Below the pieces are notes generated by a model. It made no database searches. It saw nothing but the letters and a program-made list of their open reading frames with translations, and was not told the origin of the DNA. The position numbers were made by a program, and so were the translations under genes. Positions 8,401-17,161 of a DNA stretch of 64,000 nt are shown in pieces. The DNA is from a virus, in IMG/VR virus record IMGVR_UViG_3300021335_000009, positions 20,170 to 84,169 of that record; one strand, given 5' to 3'. The stretch's first letter is position 1; every line of letters starts with the position of its first letter.

Positions 8401-10499
8401 TAACAGATCAAGACGGAAAATTTGCAACTATTGGCAAAGAAATGTCTGGATTAGTAAATACCCTTCTTACTTTGCAGCTATTAGGAGCTGCTCCAAAAAT
8501 ACCTAAATTTGGAGGAAAAGAAGGTGGGAGCGTTTTAACAAAAACAAAAGAATTTGGCAAAAAAATTTTTAACAATAAGCCTATTTTGCAAGCGGGGGTT
8601 TCTTTTAAAACTTTAGCTTCAAATTTTGCAAAATTTGTTCCTGTTTTAGGGGGGCTTGTATTAGCCGCACAGGGCTTAAGTTCTGTTTTTAAAGTTTTTA
8701 CTGGAAAAGGTATTTTAGAAGCTTTTGGATCTGAAGTTAAAAAAGCTTCTGATAATATAGAAGAATTTTCTAAAACAATAAGTTCTCAAAACGAAAAACA
8801 ATTAAAATCAACAATAGAAGAAAAGCAAAATCTTGTAAACTCTTTAATAAAAAGGCAAACAAAACTTCAAAACGAAGCCAATTTGCAAGAAAAACAAACA
8901 ACAAAACAAAGAGTGTCATCTTTTGAGCAAAGAAAAGAAAGAAGTCGAAATCTTGAGCAAAAACAAATAGCCGAAGAATTAAAAAAAGCTACAGAAGAAC
9001 TAGAAATAGTTAGACAAAGATTTAAAGATATAAATTTAAGCTCCAAAACAGAAGGAGAACTTAAGAGTATAATTCAAGAAAGAAAAAATCTTGTTGAAGC
9101 TTTAAAACAACAACAACAAAATCTTGTTCAAATTATATCAATTCCAAAAACAGGCCCAACAAAAGGGAAAAGAAAAGGAGTTAGCGTTCCTTTATCAGAA
9201 AGCCAGATTACCGCTAGCGCACAATTAAAAGAGGTTGAAGTAAAATTAAAAAAAGCTGAACAATCTTTATCGCTTGCAGAAAAAACCCAAGAAAAACAAT
9301 CTAATGATTTAAAGTTGGCTTTAGGAGTTTCAAAAAGACTTCAAAAAGGGGCTGTTCCAAAAGGAAAGCTTAGTGTAGAAGGTGTTGGAGCTTCAGGAGC
9401 AACAGGAGATAGAAAAAAGTTATTAACAGAAGAATTAAACCTAGCCAAAGCCGCAGGAACAATTGACAAAATTAATACAGAAAACAGAATAGCTCAGTTA
9501 AAATTTGAAATAGAAAAAAGAAAAGAAGGTTTCAAAATTACACAAGATTTTGTGAAAGCATTAGCAGAAGCGGATAATCTTAGCTTAGAAGCTCAAGAAA
9601 TTATTGATGCTAGAGTGGCTGCTGGAGATAACCTACTTGCAATACAAGAAGAGCTTAACGAAAAAAATATTGAATTAACTGATAAAGTTAAAGAAGTTTT
9701 AGATTTAGGAATAGGACAACAAAAACAATTAGATTTAAGACTCGCCGCAAAACAAGAAGAGGTAAACTTACAAAAGGAAATAAACGACCTAGGAAGAGAC
9801 ACTTCTTTTACAGGCGGATTAACAAAAGGATTTAAAGACCTTGAAAATAAAATAAAATTTTTCAAAAAAGATCTTGGGGAAGATATTCCTTTGCAGTTTG
9901 CTGACGGACTAGGAAACGCTTTAACTCAAGCAATTACTCAAGCTGAAACTCTTGGAGATGCATTGTCTCAAGCAGGAAGAGACTTTTTGGGTTACATGGT
10001 AGAAGCTTTTGCCCAACAAGCTGCTATGCAGGCCGTTTCAGGAATAAAAAGTTTAATCCCTGGTTTTTCAAATGGGGGGTCAGTAAGAGGGTATGCAACT
10101 GGAGGATTTATAAATTCATCAAACAGCTCAATAGCTCCTAGCGACACTGTTCCAGCAATGCTGACTCCTGGAGAATTTGTAATCAAAAAATCTTCTGTTG
10201 ATAAATACGGAGCTTCTTTTTTATCAAGCTTAAACGAAGGAACTTTACCAATGAAAGGATTTAATAACGGAGGGTCTGTTTCAATGATCTCTCCAGAAGC
10301 AGGGGCTCCAACTAGAGAATCTATAACAAATCATTCTGAATTTACTTTTAATATAGAAAAGGGCAGCGCAAAATCTGAACAAGGATCTATCGAAAACGAG
10401 CAAGATTTAGCGTTTTCTAAAAAAATAAAACAAGCAGTAACAACAATTGTTCAAGAAGAATCTAGAAGAGGTGGATCTTTAAATTACTTATACAGATAA
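5406..10499 (+). CDS. Tail tape measure protein
   Basis: 1697 aa. TP901-type core (LARQGL, IGNAFKTIFARL), long coiled coils, hydrophobic segments, C-terminal DTVPAMLTPGEFVIKK motif. Confidence 0.9.
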   Translation: MSVQVGVSLSPVDTRKVDAALVRIQSAAKGVSFGGGAKSIEKLSRPLGKITGQATEFQKSLEASNARVIAFGASVAVINKLSEAFAALVQNTVKVEATFAKINIILGGTQQQLEEFGNGIFSVAKKTATSFDEVAEGALELARQGLGVEESLSRVETALKLVRVSGIDSKQAVEGLTAAVKGFSDSGITVAQIADKLAEVDTKFAVSTEDLINGLERASASARVAGVSFDELLAAVTTVQERTQRGGAVIGNAFKTIFARLGRVDTLAVLEDLGINVLDVQGNVRAAVPLFEELAAKLEGIGLKSVEAGKIIQEVAGVRQRDILISLIEDLNSGQSQFAAALNVSATAAGGLDKKNESLNKTLEALINNLTVGSQKLASVIGDLGFTESAKDILKAISSVVNGITDLLKGDSVGAKFAQGIVKGIGSILTGPGIALIGAIFVKLFVDLTRFGANSLKNILGVNKAAQEQKALQSSVLQTLLQNENIQKEILNLEGNKVAQEQLLLRIYNDQIKALEKVKKAAATVTPGLFAAGLKGGEKGVTKRAADGYIASEKRDVANGVGGAPSSAKVVSIPNFAFGGGKKGTMIANTSEYYVPNYAGGGDAIFNQDMVKTMGLPAGAKKINAAGGFIPNFSIYSDLLKRAQDRKRGIDSSIASNLRKNKITQKEAEELTKIAQDARSGAAPSIAVQQKQREKKKEEKEASTLFDRRTLMIIPRKSKKLQDEYGIHKGRRVGFKVAGYDSYEQAKGKLLNDEEIDRKLENFALNLANSESAKIGSPIKPERLREIPNKGALSALSGVIFEASLASIIKSKDFVTNNARFDFVGKDKASKLRKSLFSTIPNTATHIDAKIRPSKDNNESFASKVLSLNASKGYIPNFASNPLEDAIAREKAAGLPINQIRINQSGKLRNSQNPMGLAVTNTRDEPTGRIPNFAQMSLEEAKKNMSPKQILSGFAGTQAKLDFADELSKSAEKASSSLDTSVTKILAFQLAMSGLTSTITDQDGKFATIGKEMSGLVNTLLTLQLLGAAPKIPKFGGKEGGSVLTKTKEFGKKIFNNKPILQAGVSFKTLASNFAKFVPVLGGLVLAAQGLSSVFKVFTGKGILEAFGSEVKKASDNIEEFSKTISSQNEKQLKSTIEEKQNLVNSLIKRQTKLQNEANLQEKQTTKQRVSSFEQRKERSRNLEQKQIAEELKKATEELEIVRQRFKDINLSSKTEGELKSIIQERKNLVEALKQQQQNLVQIISIPKTGPTKGKRKGVSVPLSESQITASAQLKEVEVKLKKAEQSLSLAEKTQEKQSNDLKLALGVSKRLQKGAVPKGKLSVEGVGASGATGDRKKLLTEELNLAKAAGTIDKINTENRIAQLKFEIEKRKEGFKITQDFVKALAEADNLSLEAQEIIDARVAAGDNLLAIQEELNEKNIELTDKVKEVLDLGIGQQKQLDLRLAAKQEEVNLQKEINDLGRDTSFTGGLTKGFKDLENKIKFFKKDLGEDIPLQFADGLGNALTQAITQAETLGDALSQAGRDFLGYMVEAFAQQAAMQAVSGIKSLIPGFSNGGSVRGYATGGFINSSNSSIAPSDTVPAMLTPGEFVIKKSSVDKYGASFLSSLNEGTLPMKGFNNGGSVSMISPEAGAPTRESITNHSEFTFNIEKGSAKSEQGSIENEQDLAFSKKIKQAVTTIVQEESRRGGSLNYLYR

Positions 10500-11542
10500 T
10501 GAGTTTAAATTTTGCAGTTTACGACAGAGATCAAAACGTAAGTGGAGATGTCCAACCTTTTTCTTTTGTACCAGAGTATGAATCTTCTATTATTTTTAAT
10601 TATAAGAATCCATATTCTTATGCATCGGACAATCACTATATTAAAAATTGTAAAAATTTAAACAATACCAGTTTATCTTTTGATTTAAAATTCACAAACA
10701 AGACTGAAGAAGAAGCTAAATCATTTTTGCACCTATTAGAAAATACTCATTTAGAGGCTAATGGGATTTTAAACTTCAATCAACTCACTAATCAAAATGT
10801 AGAGTTGGCATTTCCAACAGGAAATATTTACAAAAACTTATCTGGATTTTTGATTAATGATTACTCATTCCAGTATAATAAAAACTTATTAGACATAGAT
10901 TTAAGTTTACAAAAAAATGGATACTCTTATTTGTTTGATTGGGGCGGGTCTTCTTATTTAAATACTGACAACTTTAACACAGGATGGTCTACAGGAGTTT
11001 CTTATGAAAAGTTTGATGTCATATATTACCCAGAGTACGTAACGGGCTCTAACCCTAATTTTTATCCAAAGACGAACAGAATAGAAAAGTTTTACTATTG
11101 CAATTCTGACCACTTATCGTCAGAAGACAATAGCCCAACTGGAATAAATGGAAATGTTTGGAGCAGATCTTTTTTTTACGATATAGATGACGGCATTTCT
11201 ATTTCTACAGATAGGTCTAATTCTGTTTATGATGATAATTATTCATTTTCTCAATTTAACAAAAAAAACGCAAACGAGGGTTTAATAAAAGACCTGAAAA
11301 TTTCTTTAAAAAATAGATCAGATAAAGAAACAAGATCCATAATTCATTTTATGGAAAAACATGAAAATTCTTTACCTTTTGAGTTAAAACTTACGCAACT
11401 TTACGTAAAGAAAAAGTTTTTTATCGCAAAACAAATGAAACATACATTTGTTTATAAAGACTGTAATACTATCGAAATAGTGTTAGATGAAATTTTAAAA
11501 TTTAAAGAAGACCAACTTTTAGATTCTTTTTATGTCAGTTAA
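10499..11542 (+). CDS. Minor tail/distal tail protein (putative)
   Basis: Coupled to the tape measure stop (TAATG). Two similar halves (LKFTNKTEEEAKSFLHLLE / ISLKNRSDKETRSIIHFME). Confidence 0.55.
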   Translation: MSLNFAVYDRDQNVSGDVQPFSFVPEYESSIIFNYKNPYSYASDNHYIKNCKNLNNTSLSFDLKFTNKTEEEAKSFLHLLENTHLEANGILNFNQLTNQNVELAFPTGNIYKNLSGFLINDYSFQYNKNLLDIDLSLQKNGYSYLFDWGGSSYLNTDNFNTGWSTGVSYEKFDVIYYPEYVTGSNPNFYPKTNRIEKFYYCNSDHLSSEDNSPTGINGNVWSRSFFYDIDDGISISTDRSNSVYDDNYSFSQFNKKNANEGLIKDLKISLKNRSDKETRSIIHFMEKHENSLPFELKLTQLYVKKKFFIAKQMKHTFVYKDCNTIEIVLDEILKFKEDQLLDSFYVS

Positions 11543-12659
11543 TTTAGACAGACCTATTATAACATACGAAACATCTGCTTTTTTTCAAAGTAGCAGCCCG
11601 TCGTATGATTTAGCTTCAAACAGTGGAGAAAACTTATCGTTTGTTCCTTTTGTTCAGGGCGTTGATTTTTCTTTTGATGTTCCTATGGATAGCGTAGCGT
11701 CAATAGGGACAAAAAGCTTCATAAATAGATCAAATACAATTTCTCCAGATATTAATTTTTCAATTAAAACTTTAGAAAATTTTGAGCACTTGTTTTCTAA
11801 TTTGTTTGTTAGCGGGGCAATAAAAGATGATTTAGACGATGATACAAATTTTTATGCAGTGATTGGAGATAAAAAAGGATTTGATGTGTCAAATCGAAGT
11901 TTGTCTGGAATTGATGTTTTGGGGTTTGGAAATTGTTTTTTAAAAAATGTACAAATTTCTCAATCAATAAATGGTTTAATGACTTCCAATTACTCGTTTA
12001 CGGCAAGTAATATTCAAGCACAAAAATTAGAACAAAATGGCAATTTTTTTAGTGGGGATTGCCCAGCTATTAATTTAACAGGAGACCAAAAACAAGAAAC
12101 AAAAGTTTTGTTTAATGAGATTGACGATTACTACACTGGAGAAAGTAGCGGAATTATTCCTTCTTACTCTACTAATGTTTTAATTAGCGGTAGCGATTCT
12201 GTAGGTAGTTTTTTAGTAAAAACAGAAACCGTGCAAAATTTTAATCTTAATTTAGAAATACAAAGAAAACCTATTTACTCTATAGGCAAAAAATACCCAT
12301 TAACGAGAAAATCAGTATTTCCAAGCGAAAATTTATTTACTTTTTCTTCTAAAGTTTCAGATTTTGAAGTAAACGAAGAAAGATCTAATTTAAAAAATTT
12401 TTTAAATTTAAACGATAATTATACTTTAAATATAAGCGGCCAAAATAAAAGCGGAGAGGTTTTTGATTATGTTATTAAAAATGCAAAACTAGCTTCTAAA
12501 AACAACGCTATTTCAATAGAAGGAGATTTTGAAACAACTTTGAATTTTAAATTTGAGATTAATGAATTCAAAAGAAAAAATCATTTTCTTAAATTAGCAG
12601 ATGGAGGGTTTTTGCTACAGCAAAATTTTTCAAAATTAATTACAAAACGAAACGCCTAG
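11532..12659 (+). CDS. Tail tube-like paralog
   Basis: Aligns by eye with 254..1393 (GFGNCFL vs GVGNAFL; VQNFNLNLEIQRKPIYSIG vs VQSVSMSIPLGRSPIDRLG). Confidence 0.55.
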   Translation: MSVNLDRPIITYETSAFFQSSSPSYDLASNSGENLSFVPFVQGVDFSFDVPMDSVASIGTKSFINRSNTISPDINFSIKTLENFEHLFSNLFVSGAIKDDLDDDTNFYAVIGDKKGFDVSNRSLSGIDVLGFGNCFLKNVQISQSINGLMTSNYSFTASNIQAQKLEQNGNFFSGDCPAINLTGDQKQETKVLFNEIDDYYTGESSGIIPSYSTNVLISGSDSVGSFLVKTETVQNFNLNLEIQRKPIYSIGKKYPLTRKSVFPSENLFTFSSKVSDFEVNEERSNLKNFLNLNDNYTLNISGQNKSGEVFDYVIKNAKLASKNNAISIEGDFETTLNFKFEINEFKRKNHFLKLADGGFLLQQNFSKLITKRNA

Positions 12660-12674
12660 TGTAATACAATAAAC

Positions 12675-14657
12675 ATGAGCAACGAAAGAGACAAAACAAT
12701 TTTAGAACTTGTAGAACTCACTTCGGTAGATAAAGTAAATGATTTTATTCCTATTGTAGAGCAAGCGTCCAATGAGACAAAAAAAGTTTCAGCATCTAAC
12801 TTGCCAGTATCGACAGCGCAGCAGACAGCGCTTGACTTAAAAGCAGATGATGCAGATTTAACAGCGCACACTGGCAACACAAGCAACCCGCACAGCGTTA
12901 CAGCAACGCAGGTGGGGCTTGGCAATGTGGATAATACAAGCGACGCTGACAAGCCAGTAAGCACGGCACAGCAGGCGGCGCTAGACCTAAAAGCGGACGA
13001 TGCAGATTTAACTTCACACACTGGCAACACAAGCAACCCGCACAGCGTCACAGCGGCGCAGGTGGGTCTTGGCAACGTGGACAACACAAGCGACGCTGAC
13101 AAACCAGTGAGCACGGCACAGCAGACAGCGCTGGATTTGAAAGCAGATGCAACGGCATTGACGACGGAAACAAATGCGCGGATCGACGCTGACAACCGCA
13201 GAGAGTTTGCGGGTGGGGTGGCTTTGGATGGAGCGAGCGGATTATTTAATGTGCAGTCTTTAGCGGGAGCTACTGCGATTGATCAAACGCCGACAATATC
13301 TTTTAATTGGGATGCTCAAAACACTAATAATAATCAAAGAATTGTAAATTTTGGAAATTGGCCTGTTTCGGGTGGGTTTTCAATCAATGCTTTTTCTTCT
13401 AATGTAAAACAAATATATTTTAATTTCAAACAAAGTGGATCTAATAATGATTATTCACAATTTGTTTCTGATTCAAATGTATTTGATTTTGGCAAAATTG
13501 TACAAATCACTGCCATAATAAATCCATTAGGCCCGACACTTTATATTAATGGGTCATTAGTTAATTTAACTCAACTAACTGCACCGAATGGAACTTACGG
13601 TGAAGGGTCAACTAATTTATATATAGGCAACTCAGAAACTTCTGTTTTAAACAGATACACTAAAGGCAGCATTTCCAACGTTGCCATATTCAACACCGCC
13701 TTAACCGCAACCCAAGCTGCCGAGCTATACCAGCAAGGGCTGCAACCTTGGCTCGCGGCAAATCCTGAGTATCGGCGGGGCTTGTCAGATCCAACTTATC
13801 AATCAGATTTTAGTTCTGGAACTGACGGTTGGGGTGGATTAGGTGATGAAGACGGAGTTACAGTTTCTCAAAACAGCACTGGAATCGGTGGAGAAATTAA
13901 TACTCTTGTAGCAACAGTTGACACAAGCAACGGAGTTCATGTGTTTTGGGATGATTTAGACCGCTACAATGGAACAGGATTATTCAAAATTAAATTTGAT
14001 GTATATATACCTAGCAGTCAAAATATAAAGGGAGTACAAGTTTTAGTATCTTCAGGAGGATCAAATGTTTTTCAACCTACTTTAAATCCTACGTTGGACT
14101 CTTGGACTACATACCAAAGCAATGAGTTTATAAGGACGGCAGCCGATTCTAATAGAATACTTTTTTATTTAAGAGATGAAAACGGGCGTGAATTTACAGG
14201 AAACGGAACAGATTTTGCACATTTTAAAAACATTGAAATAACGCAACTTGGCTCACTAGCAACCTTGCCACTAAACGACGACTGCCGACAGCTAAAAGAC
14301 ATCAGCGGCAACCGCAACGACGCAACGGCCAGCGAGTCAGGAGTCACGCATTTGAAGCAAGCAAACCAGCACTCATTCCGAGACGATCACGCCGACGGCA
14401 CAGGCGGCAGCTACTTGATTGCCAATGCTGACATACTCGCAGAAAATGAAGTCATAACAGGCGTGACAGTGGACGGCAGATTTCATGCAGCCAGCGGGGA
14501 CCAGGACTTAACAAAGCGCAGGATCAAGCTAGAAGATCACGGCTCGCACGTTGACATCAAACGATCAAACGGCACGACAGACGATGCAGCAATTGCGGTG
14601 ACAAATCCAAGCGATGGAACTGACTTTGCAATCACAGTATTAACTCAACGCATTTAG
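12675..14657 (+). CDS. Tail fibre with 50-aa repeats and a LamG/concanavalin A-like domain
   Basis: HTGNTSNPHSVTAxQVGLGNVDNTSDADKPVS fibre repeats. LYINGS...LYIGN...KGSISNVAIFNTALT LamG signature. Confidence 0.75.
   Translation: MSNERDKTILELVELTSVDKVNDFIPIVEQASNETKKVSASNLPVSTAQQTALDLKADDADLTAHTGNTSNPHSVTATQVGLGNVDNTSDADKPVSTAQQAALDLKADDADLTSHTGNTSNPHSVTAAQVGLGNVDNTSDADKPVSTAQQTALDLKADATALTTETNARIDADNRREFAGGVALDGASGLFNVQSLAGATAIDQTPTISFNWDAQNTNNNQRIVNFGNWPVSGGFSINAFSSNVKQIYFNFKQSGSNNDYSQFVSDSNVFDFGKIVQITAIINPLGPTLYINGSLVNLTQLTAPNGTYGEGSTNLYIGNSETSVLNRYTKGSISNVAIFNTALTATQAAELYQQGLQPWLAANPEYRRGLSDPTYQSDFSSGTDGWGGLGDEDGVTVSQNSTGIGGEINTLVATVDTSNGVHVFWDDLDRYNGTGLFKIKFDVYIPSSQNIKGVQVLVSSGGSNVFQPTLNPTLDSWTTYQSNEFIRTAADSNRILFYLRDENGREFTGNGTDFAHFKNIEITQLGSLATLPLNDDCRQLKDISGNRNDATASESGVTHLKQANQHSFRDDHADGTGGSYLIANADILAENEVITGVTVDGRFHAASGDQDLTKRRIKLEDHGSHVDIKRSNGTTDDAAIAVTNPSDGTDFAITVLTQRI
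12804..13150 (+). repeat. 150-bp tandem repeat (about 2.3 copies) in the fibre gene
   Basis: CCAGT anchors at 12804, 12954 and 13104. GC-rich relative to the genome. Confidence 0.85.
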
Positions 14658-14659
14658 AT

Positions 14660-14902
14660 ATGGAGCTATCAAAAATCAATCAAATCGGATTTTATTTCAG
14701 AAAGTCTAATTGTGAATGGACCGTACGACACGATCCAGACACATTTCCTAATAATTTTACATTTGATGATTTTAACATGGAAGCGCTAGAAGTATCGGGC
14801 GCAGTACCAAGCGAAACCGAGGGCGAATATTTAGAGCTAGTGGTTGCATTTACACCAGAACAGGTCGAGGCAGCAAAACAAACTATATATTCAGAAATTT
14901 AA
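14660..14902 (+). CDS. Small hypothetical protein (possible fibre chaperone)
   Basis: 80-aa ORF directly after the fibre gene. Confidence 0.6.
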   Translation: MELSKINQIGFYFRKSNCEWTVRHDPDTFPNNFTFDDFNMEALEVSGAVPSETEGEYLELVVAFTPEQVEAAKQTIYSEI

Positions 14903-14927
14903 TTTATTTTTAGTGTAATAATAAAAA

Positions 14928-16358
14928 ATGAGCGACAAAAAAATTTCTCAACTTACAGAGCTAACTTCGGTAGATGGAGTAAATGACTTTATTCCTATCG
15001 TAGACTCAAGTTCGAGCGAGACAAAAAAAGTCTCTCCGTCTAACTTGCCAGTATCGACAGAACAACAGACGGCGCTTGACTTAAAAGCGAATGATGCAGA
15101 TTTAACAGCGCACACTAACAACACAAGCAACCCGCACAGCGTCACAGCGGCGCAAGTGGGTCTTAGCAATGTGGACAACACAAGCGACACTAACAAGCCT
15201 GTATCAACAATACAGCAGACGGCGCTTGACTTAAAGTCTGACGTTACAGAACTAAATGACGAGATCGATGCTCGTAAAGCTCAATCTTTTCCTTATACTG
15301 TAGATTTTCAATCTGGAGTTAGTCAAAAAAGAGATTTGAGCAGTATTACATCTTCAGATGGGTATTATTACAATTCAAATCTTACTAGCATTTATGTGGG
15401 AAGTAATGTGACTTCGATTGGGAGTAATGCTTTTAGAGGCTGCTCAAGCCTTACCAGTATAACTATTCCTGATGGTGTGACTTCGATTGGGAGTTATGCT
15501 TTTGGATACTGCTCAAGTCTTACCAGTATAACTATTCCTGATAGTGTGACTTCGATTGGGGATTATGCTTTTGGATACTGCTCAAGTCTTACCAGTATAA
15601 CTATTCCTGATAGTGTGACTTCGATTGGGGATTATGCTTTTAGGAACTGCTCTAGCCTTACCAGTATAACTATTCCTGATAGTGTGACTTCGATTGGGAG
15701 TGGTGCTTTTTATTCCTGCTCAAGCCTTACCAGTATAACTATTCCTGATAGTGTGACTTCGATTGGGATTTATGCTTTTGGCGGCTGCTCAAGCCTTACC
15801 AGTATAAATATTCCTGATAGTGTGACTTCGATTGGGAGTGGTGCTTTTAGCATCTGCCCAAACCTTACCAGTATAAATATTCCTGATAGTGTGACTTCGA
15901 TTGGGGGTTATACTTTTTACGGCTGCTCAAGCCTTACCAGTATAAATATTCCTGATAGTGTGACTTCGATTGGGAGTTCTGCTTTTTTCTCCTGCTCAAG
16001 CCTTACCAGTATAAATATTCCTGATGGTGTGACTTCGATTGGGAATTATACTTTTTACGGCTGCTCAAGCCTTACCAGTATAAATATTCCTGATAGTGTG
16101 ACTTCGATTGGGAGTTCTGCTTTTTTCTCCTGCTCAAGCCTTACCAGTATAAATATTCCTGATGGTGTGACTTCGATTGGGAATGGTGCTTTTAGCAGCT
16201 GCTCAAGTCTTGCTACAATTAACTGTTTAGCTACAACTGCTCCTAGTTTAGGTTCTAACGTTTTTCAAAGCGTGTCAGCAACTCAAATACACGTTCCCGC
16301 AGGAGCCACTGGATACGGAACTACTTATGGAGGATTGACAGTTGTTGCAGATTTGTAG
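14928..16358 (+). CDS. Fibre/adhesin with BspA-type leucine-rich repeats (LRR_5)
   Basis: N-terminus is paralogous to the 12675 fibre, followed by about 12 x 23-aa LTSIxIPDSVTSIGxxAFxxCS repeats. Confidence 0.85.
   Translation: MSDKKISQLTELTSVDGVNDFIPIVDSSSSETKKVSPSNLPVSTEQQTALDLKANDADLTAHTNNTSNPHSVTAAQVGLSNVDNTSDTNKPVSTIQQTALDLKSDVTELNDEIDARKAQSFPYTVDFQSGVSQKRDLSSITSSDGYYYNSNLTSIYVGSNVTSIGSNAFRGCSSLTSITIPDGVTSIGSYAFGYCSSLTSITIPDSVTSIGDYAFGYCSSLTSITIPDSVTSIGDYAFRNCSSLTSITIPDSVTSIGSGAFYSCSSLTSITIPDSVTSIGIYAFGGCSSLTSINIPDSVTSIGSGAFSICPNLTSINIPDSVTSIGGYTFYGCSSLTSINIPDSVTSIGSSAFFSCSSLTSINIPDGVTSIGNYTFYGCSSLTSINIPDSVTSIGSSAFFSCSSLTSINIPDGVTSIGNGAFSSCSSLATINCLATTAPSLGSNVFQSVSATQIHVPAGATGYGTTYGGLTVVADL
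15408..16210 (+). repeat. 69-bp tandem repeat, 12 copies, with hypervariable codons
   Basis: Invariant GTGACTTCGATTGGG every 69 bp from 15408 to 16167. Confidence 0.95.
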
Positions 16359-16361
16359 TTT

Positions 16362-16772
16362 TTAAAAAGAGATATTTATTCCTTTTTTTTCTGCCTTTTT
16401 TTTCACTTTTTCAAAAATTTCTTTTTGTTTTTGCGGGTGAGTTTTGCCATTAGTCATTTTAGAATAGTCGGAATAGTATTTTTCTTTTACGGGGTCTTTC
16501 CCATGTATTTCGGATCTTTTTTGTGAAGCTTCTTCACTTCTTTTAAAAAGATCTCCATAACTATCTTTTTTGTTTATAGTAGACTGCTTGAATGATTCTT
16601 TGTTAAATGGATCAACCTTTGTATCGCAAGATACATTAGGATTAACATAAATACGCCTCCAGAGCCCTTTCTCTGTTTTGTCCTCCCCATGATACTCGTG
16701 AACATCTTTCATTCCTTGAAAGACTTCTCTGACTTCTCCAGTTTTTTTATTTTCGTAAATGTATAGAGGCAT
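16362..16772 (-). CDS. Hypothetical protein with an FmdB-like N-terminus lacking Cys
   Basis: MPLYIYENKKTGEVREV resembles the MPxYxYxCxxCG pattern without cysteines. Confidence 0.5.
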   Translation of the reverse strand: MPLYIYENKKTGEVREVFQGMKDVHEYHGEDKTEKGLWRRIYVNPNVSCDTKVDPFNKESFKQSTINKKDSYGDLFKRSEEASQKRSEIHGKDPVKEKYYSDYSKMTNGKTHPQKQKEIFEKVKKKAEKKGINISF

Positions 16773-16786
16773 GATAAGTTAATAAA

Positions 16787-17131
16787 TTATGATATAGGAA
16801 TTTGAAAATCTTTTGAAAGTTTTGATTTAGGAATTTTAATTTCTAAAATGCCATTTTTAAGTTTTGAAGAAATTTCAGAAACCTCTACATAGTTAGGATC
16901 AATTTTGACAGAATAAACTTCGATTGGTTTTTGTTTTTCGTTATTAATCCATATTCTTAAAATGCTTTTACGCACATTAGCTACAATCTCTTTAGAAGAA
17001 AAGCCTACAATTACACATTTAATCAAAAAGTAATCTTCTTCTTCTTTTGTTAGCGCGGGTCCAAGATAGCCTTTTCCATGTTTTAAAAGACTATGCTCAT
17101 TTTGAATTTCATTAAATAGATTCATATTCAT
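16787..17131 (-). CDS. Small heat shock protein (Hsp20/alpha-crystallin domain)
   Basis: ISSKLKNGILEIKIPK...FQIPIS C-terminal Hsp20 signature with an IxI tail. Confidence 0.75.
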   Translation of the reverse strand: MNMNLFNEIQNEHSLLKHGKGYLGPALTKEEEDYFLIKCVIVGFSSKEIVANVRKSILRIWINNEKQKPIEVYSVKIDPNYVEVSEISSKLKNGILEIKIPKSKLSKDFQIPIS

Positions 17132-17161
17132 AAAAAAATAAATGCAAAATAAATGCCAATT

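Noticed and set aside
12656-15196. Antisense ORFs at 12656-13195 and 14948-15196
   Set aside because: Shadows of the GC-rich fibre repeat module.
15408-16210. CRISPR-like alternation of constant and variable DNA
   Set aside because: Period is 69 bp and in frame within an LRR gene. The variable part is only a few codons, and there is no cas operon.
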